Source: the human T2T-CHM13v2.0 reference genome, Homo sapiens. From it: a DNA stretch of 64,000 nucleotides. Positions 24,546 to 49,188 of the stretch are shown in pieces. The stretch lies in NCBI RefSeq assembly GCF_009914755.1, contig NC_060933.1; one strand, 5' to 3'. Position 1 is the stretch's first letter, and each line of letters starts with the position of its first letter. The translations under genes and the position numbers were made by a program. The notes under the pieces were generated by a model. The model had not been told where the DNA came from, searched no databases, and was given only the letters and a program-made list of their open reading frames with translations.

Positions 24546-25137
24546 TCCTGGAACTACATTAAAGTGGGGGGAATTTAATTCAAATTGTCAGTTACTGAAA
24601 CCCTGGGATGTAAACTTACAGTATTGATCAGTAGCTGCAGCTTTCGTAAATTGGCAGTTAGGAAAAATATTCTTTTGCCCATTCATCCCTCTTCTTTTCA
24701 AGGATGGCAACGACTGGTAAACAGTAATTAGTTGGTAAAGTCACTGGAAAGGGAAGAATGCAAAATGATTCTGAGGCCAGACGAATTGGAAAAGCTCTTT
24801 TCTTCAGGGGATTTCTCTCTGATTTCTTCTACTACCATGTAGTGTGATGGAGAGAACTTGACTGCAGTCACATAACTTGGATTCTGTCCCAGTTTGCCAA
24901 CCAACTTGCTGTATACACCTTGGACAAGTCATTTGACCTTTCAGAATTTTATTTTCGTCACCAGCAGAATGAAGGGATGGGATTAATGATTTTTGCCTTT
25001 TTTGGTTTTTTAGTTTTTTATTGGTATCCTGATAATCTCTGAAGCTGTGGATATAAGTTATTTTTTTTTATTTGTCATTACTTTCAAGTTTCTCTAGTAA
25101 AAAATACAATACCACTATTCAGGATGCTGGACTTCTT

Positions 25138-25297
25138 TTCTTTTTTTTTTCTTTTTTTTTTTTCAATTTTTCTTTTTTGGGATGGAGTCTCACTATGTTG
25201 CCCAGACTGGTCTTGAACTCCTGGGCTCAAGTGATCCTTCCATCTCACTTTCCTGAGTAGCTGACATTACGGGTACACTCCATCAAGCCTGGTTCCT
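25138..25297 (-). mobile_element. FLAM-type Alu monomer in ZNF483 3' UTR
   Basis: Monomeric Alu with T tail, flanked by TSD AGGATGCTGGACTTCT (25121 and 25298). Confidence 0.85.
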
Positions 25298-25712
25298 AGG
25301 ATGCTGGACTTCTAGCTTAGTGAGAATGCAGTATACTTTTTGAAAACTTCGTGCAGGAATCCCTCAAATGCTGTAACTAGGAATGGGTCAGTGAAGTTCA
25401 AACGACTTTTCCTTGAGGGAGTATTTTAATCGGACAAGGGAACTCTTTTTCTTTTGGGCATTGGCCAACAGGACTGAGAAGCCAGAGAGCTTGCACCTGA
25501 GCCATCTCAGCCGTGAGAGTAACAGTCCTAGGAAAATAGATGGGGGCTGGGGGTAAGGAAATGTGCTGAAGACAGAGCTATTCTGGATGGATTTTGGTTT
25601 GCAAAAATTCTACTTTAAAACAATTTTGCCTGTAGCAAGTACATTTTTTTGCAATTGGAGTGTAAACATTCTGTGTGGCAACAGTTAAAAGCTGTTATAA
25701 CAATTTGCTTGG

Positions 25713-25715
25713 GTG

Positions 25716-25748
<33 letters not shown>
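25713..25748. repeat. (GT)n microsatellite
   Basis: GT run with one GC interruption. Confidence 0.95.
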
Positions 25749-28007
25749 ATACATTGTTGCCACTATCTAAAATTAGGGCATTTCATACTAAAAACAAAGC
25801 TTGTCTTAAAAAAAATTATAAGGGCTAACAACACTGGGCTTTTATTTATGTAAAGCACTCAGCTGGTCCTGGGTAGCAGCTGCCACCTTTTGATGGGGAA
25901 TCAACTTTCTGACTTAGCTAGTTCTCTCATGTATGTCACCTGACTTTCCCACTGTATGAATGTTCTATTATAACCCCTACCATTTGGAGAATAGATACCC
26001 TAAAATCTAAAGAGACTGCACTGATAGCAAGTAAAGTTCAGGGAATGAATGTAGAATTGATACAGAAAAAATTTTCAGTTAAGTTTTCTTTTGTGAAATT
26101 AGACCTCAGAGGAATGGAATATACGGGTATTGGTGGATTATTCCTTATAAATTTCATTGGTGGAGTCTGAATAATAATTTCCAACTGAAAAAGGAACTTA
26201 AGGCCCTGAATGAGTGAGGTTTTGGCTTCAGGTCATAGGGTTCTGGAGGAACCCCATGGACTCAACAGTGGTCTAGAAATAAGTTCCTAAAGTTGAAATT
26301 GTGGGCACCTCCTATAAAAAGAGAGCTAAACCAGAAAACTCTTCACTTATGGAAGTAAAGCGATCCTTAATGCTAATCTTAGACTCAGGAACATTTACTG
26401 TGACTAATGTATGTAGGTGTGAAATGCTACCTCTGGGAGAAGGTTTTTGGTGCCTCCCCAGCCCCAAGCCTGCAGTTTAAATATTGCCGTGTGATAAATT
26501 GGTCCGCATAGTTATTGCTAAGCAGACCAACGAATCACATCCTAGCCATGAAAGGAATGTTTATTATGAGAATCATTCATAATGGTTTTAAGTTTTTTTC
26601 TGAAAAGACAGAAAACTTGTTGTAAGTTTTGTTTTCTGAAAAATATAATTTATAGAAAGTTGAAGAAATAACGTAAAAGTCTTCAGAAGAGGCTTGTTCC
26701 AAGATGATTACTCTTAGACTCCCTAACATTCATAACAATGTTTTATCCCAGTATCCATTGGGAATCTGGAGTATAAACTTTTTTTTTAAAGGAATTTATT
26801 GAGGTACAAATTACATATCATTAAAACCATTTCAAGTGTACAATTCAGTGAGTTTTAGTAAATATGCTGAGTTGTGCAACCATTACCATAATCCATTTTT
26901 TAGAACATCATCCCAGCAAGATCCGTTATTCCAGTTTACAGTTAATCTCCCGTCCAACCTCTAATCCCAGGCACCCACTACTCAGTCGACTTTGTGTCTC
27001 TAGAGTTGTCTTTTTCTGTACATTTTATGTTATATGTGATCTTTCTGTGTTTTTTTCATTAATGTGTTTTAAGTTCATCCATGTTGTAACATACTAGTAC
27101 TTTATTCCTTTTTATCATAAATAATATTACATTATGTGGATGCTTCGTGCATTCACTAGTTGAAGAACATTTGAGGTTTTTCCAGTTTTTGCCTGTTAGG
27201 AATAATGCTGCTTTGAACATTGGTATGCAGGTGTTTTGAACGTTAGTGTACAAGTCTTTGTGTGGACATGTTTTCATTTTTCTTAGGCAGATGCCTGAGG
27301 GGAGTTGCTAGGTCATACGGTAAATTTTCATTTAACTTTTTTAGGAAACTGCCAAATTGTTTTCCAAAGTGACCGCATTATTTTACATTCTGACTAGTAA
27401 TGTGTGGGGCTTCCCATTTCTCTACAGTCTTGCCAGTCATTGTTGTCTGTTTTTTAAAAATTATGCCCATCCTAGCGTTTGAAATGATATTCCTTTGTGG
27501 TTTTAACTTTGATTTTCCTGATGGCGAATAATGTCAAAGCATCTTTTATGTGCTCTTCAGCCATTCATGTATCTTAGTGAAATGTTTATTCAGATTTTTT
27601 GTCCATTTAAAATTGGAGTTTGCTGATACTGTGTTGTAGTCCTTTTTATTCTGGATATAAGTCCTTTATCCAATATGAACTTTCTAAATACCATGTACTA
27701 GCTACAGAGAGCAGCCCAAACTCTGTTGGATAATATTTATCAAAGTCTTGATTTCAGTAGTTAAGTCTGTATAATTGCCTGCAGGACATTCAGTCTGGCC
27801 CATCACCCAAATATTTAAATTCACTTTTGGATTAAGTCAGATTATCAAAAGGCTTTAAACGTCTTTTGATTCATTATAGGATTGCTTTTATGAAGAGCAC
27901 TGTGACACATTTTACTTTAAAATGAAGTCCTTGCTTTAAATAATGTTTCCTCTTAATGAGCGTGTATAAATTTTTTTCATGTCACAGGACAAGGCAAGGT
28001 TTTGGTC

Positions 28008-28013
28008 AATAAA
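28008..28013 (+). terminator. ZNF483: Candidate ZNF483 polyadenylation signal
   Basis: First canonical AATAAA I can find after the stop codon, followed by U-rich sequence. Further AATAAA at 30546, 35080 and 36827; ATTAAA at 24558. Confidence 0.4.
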
Positions 28014-30399
28014 GTCATTTTATTTATTTTAGAATTATTTTTTAATGTAGTAAGATACATATAGCTTAAAATGAACCATTTAAACACTTTTTGGTTATAC
28101 AGCTCAATAGCATTTAGATAGATGCACATTTTGTGCAGTCATCACCACTATCCATCTCCAGAACTTTTTCATCATCCCAAACTGAAACTCTGTACTCCTT
28201 AAACAATAACTCCCCATTTTCTCCTCCTCAGGCTCCTGGTAACCACTGTTCTACTTCCTGTCTGTACAAATTTGACTGTTCTAATTACTTGGTATGAATG
28301 GAATCATACAATATTTGCCCTGTTGTGTTTGGCTTATTCCACTTAGCATTATGTTTTCAAGGTTCGGCCGTGTTGTAGCACATATCAGAATTTAATTCCT
28401 TTTTAAGGCTGAATAATATTCCATTTTACTTGTATACCACATTTTGTTTATCCTTTTATCTGCCAGTGGACATTTAAGTTGTTTGCACCATTTTGGCTAT
28501 CAAGAATAACATTGCTATAATCAGTGGTGCTTTCTGTTCTTTTAAGTATATGCCTAGAAATAGAATTGCTGGATCTTATGATGATTCTATATTTAACTTC
28601 TTGAGGAAGTGCAACTACACTATTTTAAATTCCCACCAGCTATGTACAAGGGTTTCAGTATCCCCGCCCTTGCTAACACTTATTTTCTATTTCTTTTTTA
28701 TAATAGACATCCTAATGGGTTTGAAGTGGCATCTTATTCTAGTTTTGTTTTGCATTTCCCTAGTGATTAGTGATGTTAACTGTCTTTTTATGTGCTTATT
28801 GACCATTTGTATCTCTTCTTTGGAGAAATGTTTATTGAAGTCCTTTGCCCATTTTTTAATTGGTTTTGTTGGCGTTGTTGTTTAGTTGTAGAAGTTCTTA
28901 ATATATCCAGAATATATAAAGAACTTTTCAGATAAATGATTTGCAAATACTTTCTTCCATTCTGTGTGGGTTGCCTTTTCATTCTATTCCTAATGCCCTT
29001 TGAAAGAAGGTTTTAATTTTGGTGAAGTTCAATTTTTCTATTTTTTCTTTTGTTTCCTGTGCTTTTCTGGTCATACCCAAGAAACCATGGCCAAATCCAA
29101 TGTCATGAAGCTTTTCTCCTATTCTAGGAGTTTTATAGTTTCAGGTCTTATGTTTAAGTCTTTTAACCATTTTGATTTTTATGTATGGTAAAGGGTCCAT
29201 CTTCATTCTTTTGCATGCGAATATCCAGTTTTCCCAGCCCCATCTGTTGAAGAGACTATCCTTTCCACATCATGTATTCTTTGCACTCTTGTCAAAGATC
29301 ATTTGACCATATACATGCATGTTTATTTCTGGCTGTCTGCTCTGTTTCTTTGGTCTATATGTTTGTCTTTATGCCAGTACCATGCTATTTTGATTACTCC
29401 AGTAATGTTTTGTAATCAGGATTACACTACGTTTCCTGTAGTATGTTTTTGAAATGAGGAAGTGTGAGGCCTCCAGCTTTGTTCTTTCCCAAATTGTTTT
29501 GGCTATTTGGGGGTCCTTAAGATTTCAAATGAATTTTAGGATGGTTTGTTTGTTTTTGTGGAAAATGGCATGAAGATTGGGCTTGCATTGAATTTGTAGA
29601 TCGCTTTGGGTAATGTGGACATACTAACAATAACAAACATTACAGTCTGTGAACCCCAGGTGTCTTTCCATGTATTTGTGCCGTCTTTAATTTTTTCAGC
29701 AATGTGTTACAGTTGTCATTGTACAAGTCTTTTGCCTCCTTGGTCAAGTTTATTCTTGAGTATTTTATGTTTTTGATGCTGTTGTAAATGGGTCTTTGTT
29801 AGTGAAGCATAACTGAGTTTTGAGTGTTGATTTTGTATCTTGCAACTTTGCTGAATTTGTTTATTAGTCATAATAGTTTCTTGTGAAATTTTTGGGATTT
29901 TTAAATATAAGATTATGGCATCTGCAAATAGATAATTTTTCCTTCTTCCTAATTTGGATGGCTTTAACTTGCCAATGGCTCTAGCTAGGACTTCCAGTAC
30001 TGTGTTGAATACAAGTAGCAAAAGCAGGCATCTGTGCCTTTTCCTGAAATGCTTTCTATTTTATATCATTCCGTATGATGTTAGCTGTGGTCTTTTCATA
30101 TTTGACCTTTATTATGTTAAGGTAATTTCCTTTTATTGATAAATTCTTGTTTGAAGGACAGTTTTGCTGTATATAGAATTCTCAGTTGACAGTTTTTTTT
30201 TTTTCTTTCTGCATTAAGAGTATAACAACGCCACAGCCTTCTGGCTTCCAAGGTTTTTGATGAGCAATCAACAGTCTCACTGAGGATTTCTTTTATGTGA
30301 TGATTTGCTTCTCTCTTGATGCTTTTGAGATTCTCCTTTTGTCTTTGGATTTCAGCAGCTTGATTATAACTTGTCTTGGTGTCTCTGTGGGGTGAGGGT

Positions 30400-31195
30400 A
30401 GGAGTCAATTGCAGTGCTTGTTGCCATAGTTCAGAACCTGCACCACAAAGACCCTTCCAGTTCTGTAGAGTGGTTTATTGCTTTATTATCAGTGCAATAG
30501 AGAGTCACTGAGTCACTGGAGGTTCTCTGTGTGTGTGAGTGTATAAATAAAGATTTAATTTTGTTTTGCTCTTTTGTTTTCCCCTCGGAATAGTTTATCA
30601 GATGAGGAATTTCTTGATCACTGGGGAGAAATATCTTACAATTCTGAAAACACACTGTCAAAATGCTTTTCATAAAATGTAGCACATTTTAGGGTTTCTC
30701 CCTTGTGTGGAAATGTTAGTGTCTATAAAGGTCTGAACTAAGAAAGCTTCTCTCAAGCCACAACACATGTGAGGTTCCTCTGCTGAATGAATCTTTTGGT
30801 GCTCAGTAAGTTGTGATTTCCAAGCAAAGTGTTTTTCACCCTGAGAAATTGGTGAGGTATCTTTCTCTCAGAGTCTTTTTTATGAAGTCTGATGTTGAGA
30901 GGTTCTTCCAGGTTGGAGTTCTCAGGTCTGTCTCCCTTGTAGATTATCAGAGTGGGTCGATAATCTACAAGCTTTGCTAAACCTACCTGTAGCTCTTCTG
31001 GGGCAGCGGTCGTGGTGGTGGTGGCAGCGGCAGCAGGGTTCCCCATTGATTTTCTAAATGTTTGTAGTCCTTTTGTAAAGTGGACCCTTGCCTTCTAAGG
31101 TAATGGTGAATGATACATATTCCCTTCATTTTTCTGCTTTGAAGCTTCAATCTTCTTCATTTTCTCTTTTGATCTGTCAACACAATCAGAACATT
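30400..31195 (-). pseudogene. Decayed C2H2 zinc-finger exon relic
   Basis: - strand translation with frameshifts and stops: spacer ...[18 protein letters not shown]...[15 protein letters not shown], then [50 protein letters not shown]. Non-L1 sequence flanked on both sides by L1 ORF1. Confidence 0.65.
31147..31173 (-). CDS. PTGR1: PTGR1 alternative terminal exon (IKRENEED*, 301-aa isoform)
   Basis: Acceptor tgttctgattgtgttgacAG|ATC is phase 0, like the canonical last exon. ATC AAA AGA GAA AAT GAA GAA GAT TGA. Agrees with my recollection of PTGR1 isoform 2. Confidence 0.75.
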   Translation of the reverse strand: MKRENEED

Positions 31196-32405
31196 TAGCT
31201 CTTTGAGCATCTTTAAGGCAGTTGCTTTAAAGTCTGTCTAGTGAGTCAATGTTTGGTCTTCCTCATGTCCATTTTTTGTTGGTTTATTTTGTGCCTTTGA
31301 ATGGTCAATACTTGTTTCTTTGTATGCATCGTGATTGTTTTTGTTGACAGCTAGACATTTGAATTTTATAATGTGGCAACTCTGGAAATAAGATTATTCC
31401 TTTTTCCCCAGGGTTTATTTTTTGTTGTTGTTTTTTGTGTTGTGTGTTTTTTGTTTTCGTTTTTGTTTTACTGTCATAGGCTGTCTCTGTGCTAGGGATC
31501 AGCCTGTGTTGAATGCCTAAAGTTGTCTCAATTCTTTACAGAGCCTGCGTTTTTCCCTGGGCGGGAGCAATGGCTTTCTGAATTCACCTAGATACACAGT
31601 TTTTTGAATGTCCAGAAAAACAGGTTTCATCCCTTTTTTCTCCTGGAAGCCACTTTAGCCAGTTGGGGGTTGGGAGAATGGTAGCTTGCTTCTTTGTCTG
31701 CTCTTTCTCTGTGATCAGAAGTAGATATCTGCAATCAGAACCCTGATATTTGGAGGAAGTGGCTATTATTGTCCACCCTGGCTGCAGCAAGCTGACCCAG
31801 AAATGTGGGGTTGTGTCTCCACAGCTGCCTGCCATGGAGTGGGTGGGGATGGGTAGCTGCTACTTCACTGAAGGCTGAAATCCACCAATGTTAACTGCAA
31901 TTTACCACTCAGAATTTCCCCTAGAAGCTACAAGTGTTCAGATGGACTCATGTGCTCCCAAAATAATCACTTTAGGAACTTTCTGCCGATGTAATTATTA
32001 TCTAGGTGGAGAGGTGGATTCCTGGGCCACTCTATCCATGTCTTTGATTTTTCCTGCTTTCTTGAAGATTTCTTCAACTTTATCTTCCAGCTCTACTATT
32101 AAATGTTGTGAATGTTTTTATCTCTGCTGTCATATTTTTATTTCCAAGTGCATTATCTGATTCTTTCTTCCTTTTTTCTAATTGGTTTTGTTTCATAGGT
32201 GAAATATTTTTTCTCTGAGCATGTTAATTATAGTGTCTTTCTGTGTTATTCTGCTCCCTGCATTATCCCTGTTTCCTTTGAGTTGTTTTCACCTGTTTTC
32301 TGTCTCTCACACTGGAGGCTTTCCTGAAGCCTCTGATGATCTTTGACTATTTATATTTAAGAGCAGGGCTCTAAAAAGCTGATTGGAAGGTGTTTTAGGT
32401 ACTTC

Positions 32406-35040
<2,635 letters not shown>

Positions 35041-35848
35041 ATGCAATGCAGTGGTTAAAGTGAATTGTAGTTCTATCAAAATAAAGATACGTTTAGTGGA
35101 AAAGTATTTGACTCTGCTTCTGTTTTTAAAATTGTGAAATGTGGCACTGTGTGGATTTCCATTTCTCACCAGCCTCAAGTGACTACCATATTAAGTTGCT
35201 CTACGCAATCCTAGCCACAGAGAACCCAACAAATTGGAGTAGCTTAACTGAATGAAAGTTTATTCCCCAGGGGTCTTTCCAGCATTTTGTTGCTTTCCCA
35301 TATTTTGTAGTCATGCTGTGTGGAGCACATAACTTCCAACGTCCCAGAGGCAGGGAAAGGAAGAACTGGAGCATTGTGCAGTGTTTTTAAGCACTAGCCT
35401 AGAAACAGCTGAGAACCACAGGTTTCAAACTCGGTGCCAAGGTTTCCCATTCCACTCTAGAGATCTCACACAGGCTTCCCAGGATATTTTAAAATCTGGA
35501 GATTATCACAACTACAACTATTGACATCACAAACTACTACTATTATGTTATTGGAACTAACTACTTAGCAAATGGAATTGATAGTTAATGGGTTTTTTGT
35601 TTGTTTGCCTGGGAGCATTGTGGAAAAATGGCCATGGTACTACAGATCCTGTAACTAAGAAAGTCAACCTCTGTCTTAGAAGTCACTTCTACTCTTCCGT
35701 TGCCCAGAGATCAATCATATAACCCTAACCTAACTTAAAGGGAGGCTTGAAATACAGCTTTCCCCTCATTGTGGTGAGCACATAGATTATTTCTACCACA
35801 GTCTGTTCTTTCGGTCACCAAACTCTTTCTTCCCACACTTAATGCATA

Positions 35849-36192
35849 CAGTAGCCCCCTTATCCATGGGGGATATGCTCCAAGACCTCGAGTGGATGCC
35901 TGCAACCTCAGATAGTACCAAACCCTGTATGTTCTATGTTTTGTCAGTCTGATAACCCAAGAAGGCTACTAAGTGACTAACAGACAGGTAGTGTAGATGA
36001 CATGGATATGCTGGACAAAGGGATAATTTGTGTCCTAGGAGGCACGGAGCAGGATGGCAAGAGGTTTCATCAGGCTACTCAGAACATACTGGAATTTTTT
36101 ATTTCTGGAATTTTCTATTTAAAATTTTGGGGCCAAGATTGAGGGTAACTGAAACCACGGAAAGTGAAACTTTGAATAAGGGGAGACCACTG
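35849..36192. mobile_element. MER44A (Tigger7-derived) with TA TSDs
   Basis: ta|CAGTAGCCCCCTTATCC ... GAATAAGGGGAGACCACTG|ta. Confidence 0.85.
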
Positions 36193-36851
36193 TATTTTAC
36201 CCAAGGGAGACAATCCAAAGTCTAATCTGCTCAGGGTCTACAACTGAAGTCCAGGGTCTTTGAGTTAGATGCTTTGAGTGTGACCTACTTTTTGCCTTTG
36301 GGACCCTAAATGTCAGTGCCTGTTAATTTTTCTTTGAGAAGTGTAATTTCTCCAGAGGTCTGCTCTTTAATTTCCCCAGAGAAGGATGTTCTAGTCAGCA
36401 TGGGGGATATAAGCCTGGCTACCATTACTGGCGAGCAGGCAGAAGCACGCCACATGGTGGGATAGGAGTTGGAGTTCATCCCCTTTTATTCAGACTTCCA
36501 CTTAGTATCCTGTTTTTAGTCTTCTATCTTATTTCCATCCTCCTCCAGGCCCAGGGTACCCAAGTTAATAGCCTATCAAGTTCTATTTGGCAAAAGATAA
36601 TGCCTCTCATTTCCTGTGGGAATTGTGGTGAATTGATAATCACCTGGCAAAATAAGGTAGGAGTGGCATTTTGAGCTCAAACTGTTCTGTGCACATTTTC
36701 AAACTCTTTAGCCTCTGATTTTCTCCCTACTTCCAGAAAACCTGATGCCTCCACCTCCTAAATCTTTCCATATTTCATTAGTACCCCATCAGAAGGCCGT
36801 TGTGCTATTTTCTACTGTGCTCTGTTAATAAAATTTTTCCTCTGAACAATA

Positions 36852-39560
<2,709 letters not shown>

Positions 39561-40329
39561 TCAGTGTATTCAGGTATTTGTCTCAGTACGGACTCATGGT
39601 TTCCCTTTTTAATTCAATAGTATATAATCTGTAATTATCATTATCTACATGGAGCTCAAATTTTCCATGATTTGTCTAGTGGGAGCCCTTTCAAATTGGC
39701 TGTGTTCTTTCAACATGACTTCATTATTCTTTGAGCACTTCTTTGATTTATGGTATAAGATGCTCCAGGCTGGGCATGGTGGCACATGCCTGTTGTCTCA
39801 GCTAGTTGGGAGGTTGAGGTAAGAGGATCTCTTTAGCCTGGGAGTTTGAAGTCAGCCTGGACAACATAGCAAGAATCCTCTTAAAAAAAGAAAACTGAAA
39901 ATGTTGCAAGCTCATCTTGTATCTTCCCTACCCCAGCTCCAGAACAAACCATTTCTGGTTCCTTTTAGTAGAGAATAATATATAAAATCCACAATCTGGA
40001 ATTTAGATAAGTTCATTGCTATTGGAGTGTCACTACTTTCAGGCCCTCTTAGTGGGCAGAGTTATATATATATGTGCACACACACTCATTTATATGTGTG
40101 TCTATGTACATATGATATATACACACATACCTATTTTTTTGTCTCATACACATTGAAATTCATGAGTTCATACCAATACCTCCAATTCCAATCTAACACC
40201 ACAAGGTTCTTCCCATGTTTGTAACTCCCTTCTCTGACAGTGAGAAACTCTGGCTTCCCTTATCTTTAATTTACTTGTTTGATCAAACCTTCTGTATGTA
40301 ACCATCTTCTATCACCACCACTACCCCCT

Positions 40330-41130
40330 CTCCTGCAGATGCTCCTCCATTCCTCTCAAGCTCTGACATCCTGCAGCTCCTGGCCCCTACTCTTGCCTCC
40401 CCATGTGGTTAGTCTTTCCTTCCCAAAGCTCTGTCTGCTCATGCTGGGCCATGCTGCCAGGTAGAAGCTCCCCTCAGGCTCTGACCTCCCTGCCAAGCTA
40501 TCCATGCATCAGCACCTCCTCAGCCTCCTTGGGATCCAACCGCCCATACCAGGTCACTCACTCGCACGTGATACCCTCCTACCTCTGCTAGGGATCACGT
40601 ACTTCACACCAGGCCACCCCTTCACGTGCACACCTTCCTTACTTTGGGCCCTTAAACTCCATGCCAAGCTGCCCCCAGGCACGATGCCCTCCATACTGTG
40701 TGGACTTTGACTCCTCACACCAGGCAGCCCTGCGATTCCAATGCCCTTCTCACCCTACTTGGACTCTGACACCCTCAATCAGGCCCTGCTGCCCCTGCCC
40801 TACCCACACGGATGACTTCACTGTTGTTGGGCTCTGATACACCATCTGGGAAACCCTGCTATGACTCAAGCCATGTTCATTTTGCTTGGGCTCCAACTCC
40901 CCTCATCAGGCCACAACACACTGCCCAACCCCTCCTTCTTCCTGCTCACCAGTGTCCACACACACACACTCACACACACACATATACAACATACATATAT
41001 AACACACACACACATACAGCACACACACACACAGCTCTGGGCTTTGACTCCCTGTGCCAGGCAGCCAGCCTCGGTGCATGACCTCTTTGCTCTGCTGTGG
41101 GCCATAGAGGTTCTCCCACCCCAAACCCCA
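40330..41130. repeat. Highly degenerate ~57-nt C-rich tandem array with embedded (CA)n at 40957-41032
   Basis: Core GGGCTCTGAC-like word recurs at about 40358, 40426, 40477, 40531, 40590, 40646, 40702, 40761, 40829, 40888, 41039 and 41099, usually followed by a CCAGGC-like word. Confidence 0.7.
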
Positions 41131-41425
41131 GCAGACAGTCACCTTGCTTGGCTCCTTCTAATGTCTTTAGGATTGAATAGTTTGGTAAGAAAAGAGGACA
41201 CGGGCAGTGACTTTTTTTTCTCTTATCCCTGTCCTTCAGGCATTCCTTAGTTATCTTCCTTGAAGACAAACCATATTAGAAGTGTATTACATCTTTCCAG
41301 AGTTTTTGTACAGACACTCTTCTCCCCATTGTTTCATTGTACTACAATTTATTTAACCCCTTATCTCTATGATGGCAGAATTGATCAATAGAATTGACAT
41401 CTTTCTGACTGATACTGAATCTTCT

Positions 41426-42575
<1,150 letters not shown>

Positions 42576-42659
42576 TTCTTCCTGTCCAAGAGTATGGTAC
42601 CTTTCCATATGTTCAAGTCTTCTTTTGTGTTCATCAGTAATGTTGCTTTTGTTGTTGTT

Positions 42660-44240
<1,581 letters not shown>

Positions 44241-44373
44241 AAATTTTCACACTTCAAAGCCATTATTTTCTACCACAACTCAGAAGAAGCTGTAGTGAAC
44301 AGTGAGGTGACTGGTTGTTGTTGACTTTGAAACTTCCATCCTCCATCACTAATTACATACCACTTAAATGTAT

Positions 44374-44379
44374 TTTATT
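44374..44379 (-). terminator. PTGR1: PTGR1 polyadenylation signal AATAAA
   Basis: TTTATT on + strand about 130 nt past the PTGR1 stop codon. Confidence 0.75.
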
Positions 44380-44506
44380 AAGTAGCTCAAACTCATTATG
44401 AGTACTATTTCTTAAGACATTTAAGGTAGTATACATTTTTGCTAAATGGTGAAAAACAAATTAACTAATCATCTAAATGGCCTCCAGATTCCATGTGTCC
44501 TCTTTT

Positions 44507-44647
<141 letters not shown>

Positions 44648-44877
44648 TTAATTTAATATTCTCAATGATATACTGTTCTCATCCTAGCAACAAATTTATC
44701 AGGTACATCATTGGAAACCTTGAAAATAAGAGATGGAAGTCCTGTCCTCCATGAACTTGAAGTCAAGGTGGGGCAAGATCCACTTACACAGTACATGTAA
44801 AAAAGATTACAAAGTACACCTAAGAAGAAATAATAGGTGTCGGATCATAGTGCGAAATGTCATAAGGCAGTGATTAA

Positions 44878-45190
<313 letters not shown>

Positions 45191-45661
45191 GCGATTAAGC
45201 AATTTCTAAATAAGATGCATAGTAAAGTTTAATAACACAATGATCTCAGAGGAGGTACAAATAGACAGAGAAAAGAGCACCCTTCATTACCTCTGGCCCC
45301 TGAAGAGGCAGGTCCTATTCAGGAAATATAAATGGCAGGACAGTCTAATAATCTGTCTCCCCTTTAAGCCAAGGTTCTTTCAACATGTGTTTAACCTTTA
45401 TCTGGGAGTGTGGGAAGGAAGGGTTCATGTTAGTGAGAAAGGGTCTTCATTTCTCTTTCTCCTACAAGGCACAGCCTACTAATGGGAACTAATTTACATT
45501 TTCAGATTTTTTTAAGGGGTCTTATATAGAGACCTGAGTTACCTGATACAAGTTTTTCGCTAATGTATTCCAGTGATGGCTTAGCACTCTTCATGGATTT
45601 ATAGACAAGATTATTTGCTTGAAGTCAGTCAATTACAAAGTAGGGAAGCTGAAATTTAAAC

Positions 45662-48870
<3,209 letters not shown>

Positions 48871-49188
48871 AGACGGCACTTTTTAGCAAAGGCTTGCAGG
48901 ACGTGAGAGAATTCAGCAAGCAGTTACAGAGGGGTGGAGGAGACTGGGCCAAGTAAATAAGAGGATGAATACTAAGAAATGAAATCAGAGAGATATCAGG
49001 GGTCAGATTTTGTGTAAGCTTACTGAATATTAGCACTTTGGTTTACTTTAAGTGAAATGCAGAGCTTTGCATGGTTTGGATCATAAGAACGGCAGGATTT
49101 GATTTGTGCCTTAACAGATCGCTATGGCCACCACATTGGGAATTGTCTATAGGGATGCAAAGATGGGAGGCCAGGTAGAGTCCACTAC

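Larger units (their letters stand above)
26790..32030 (-). mobile_element. Old L1M (L1MB-like) fragments: 3' ends ~26790-27670 and ~28020-28700, ORF2 to ~30130, ORF1 ~30130-30390 and ~31196-31400, 5' region to ~32030
   Basis: ORF2-like peptides in the ORF track (LVFNTVLEVLARAI; LKCSSTSEC) and ORF1 signatures (acaccaagacaagttataatc; gactttaaagcaactgccttaaagatgctcaaagagcta). Confidence 0.85.

Noticed and set aside
40330-41130. Periodic array considered as CRISPR-like
   Set aside because: Units are degenerate along their whole length with no conserved repeat/unique spacer structure, no cas genes, and a mammalian context.
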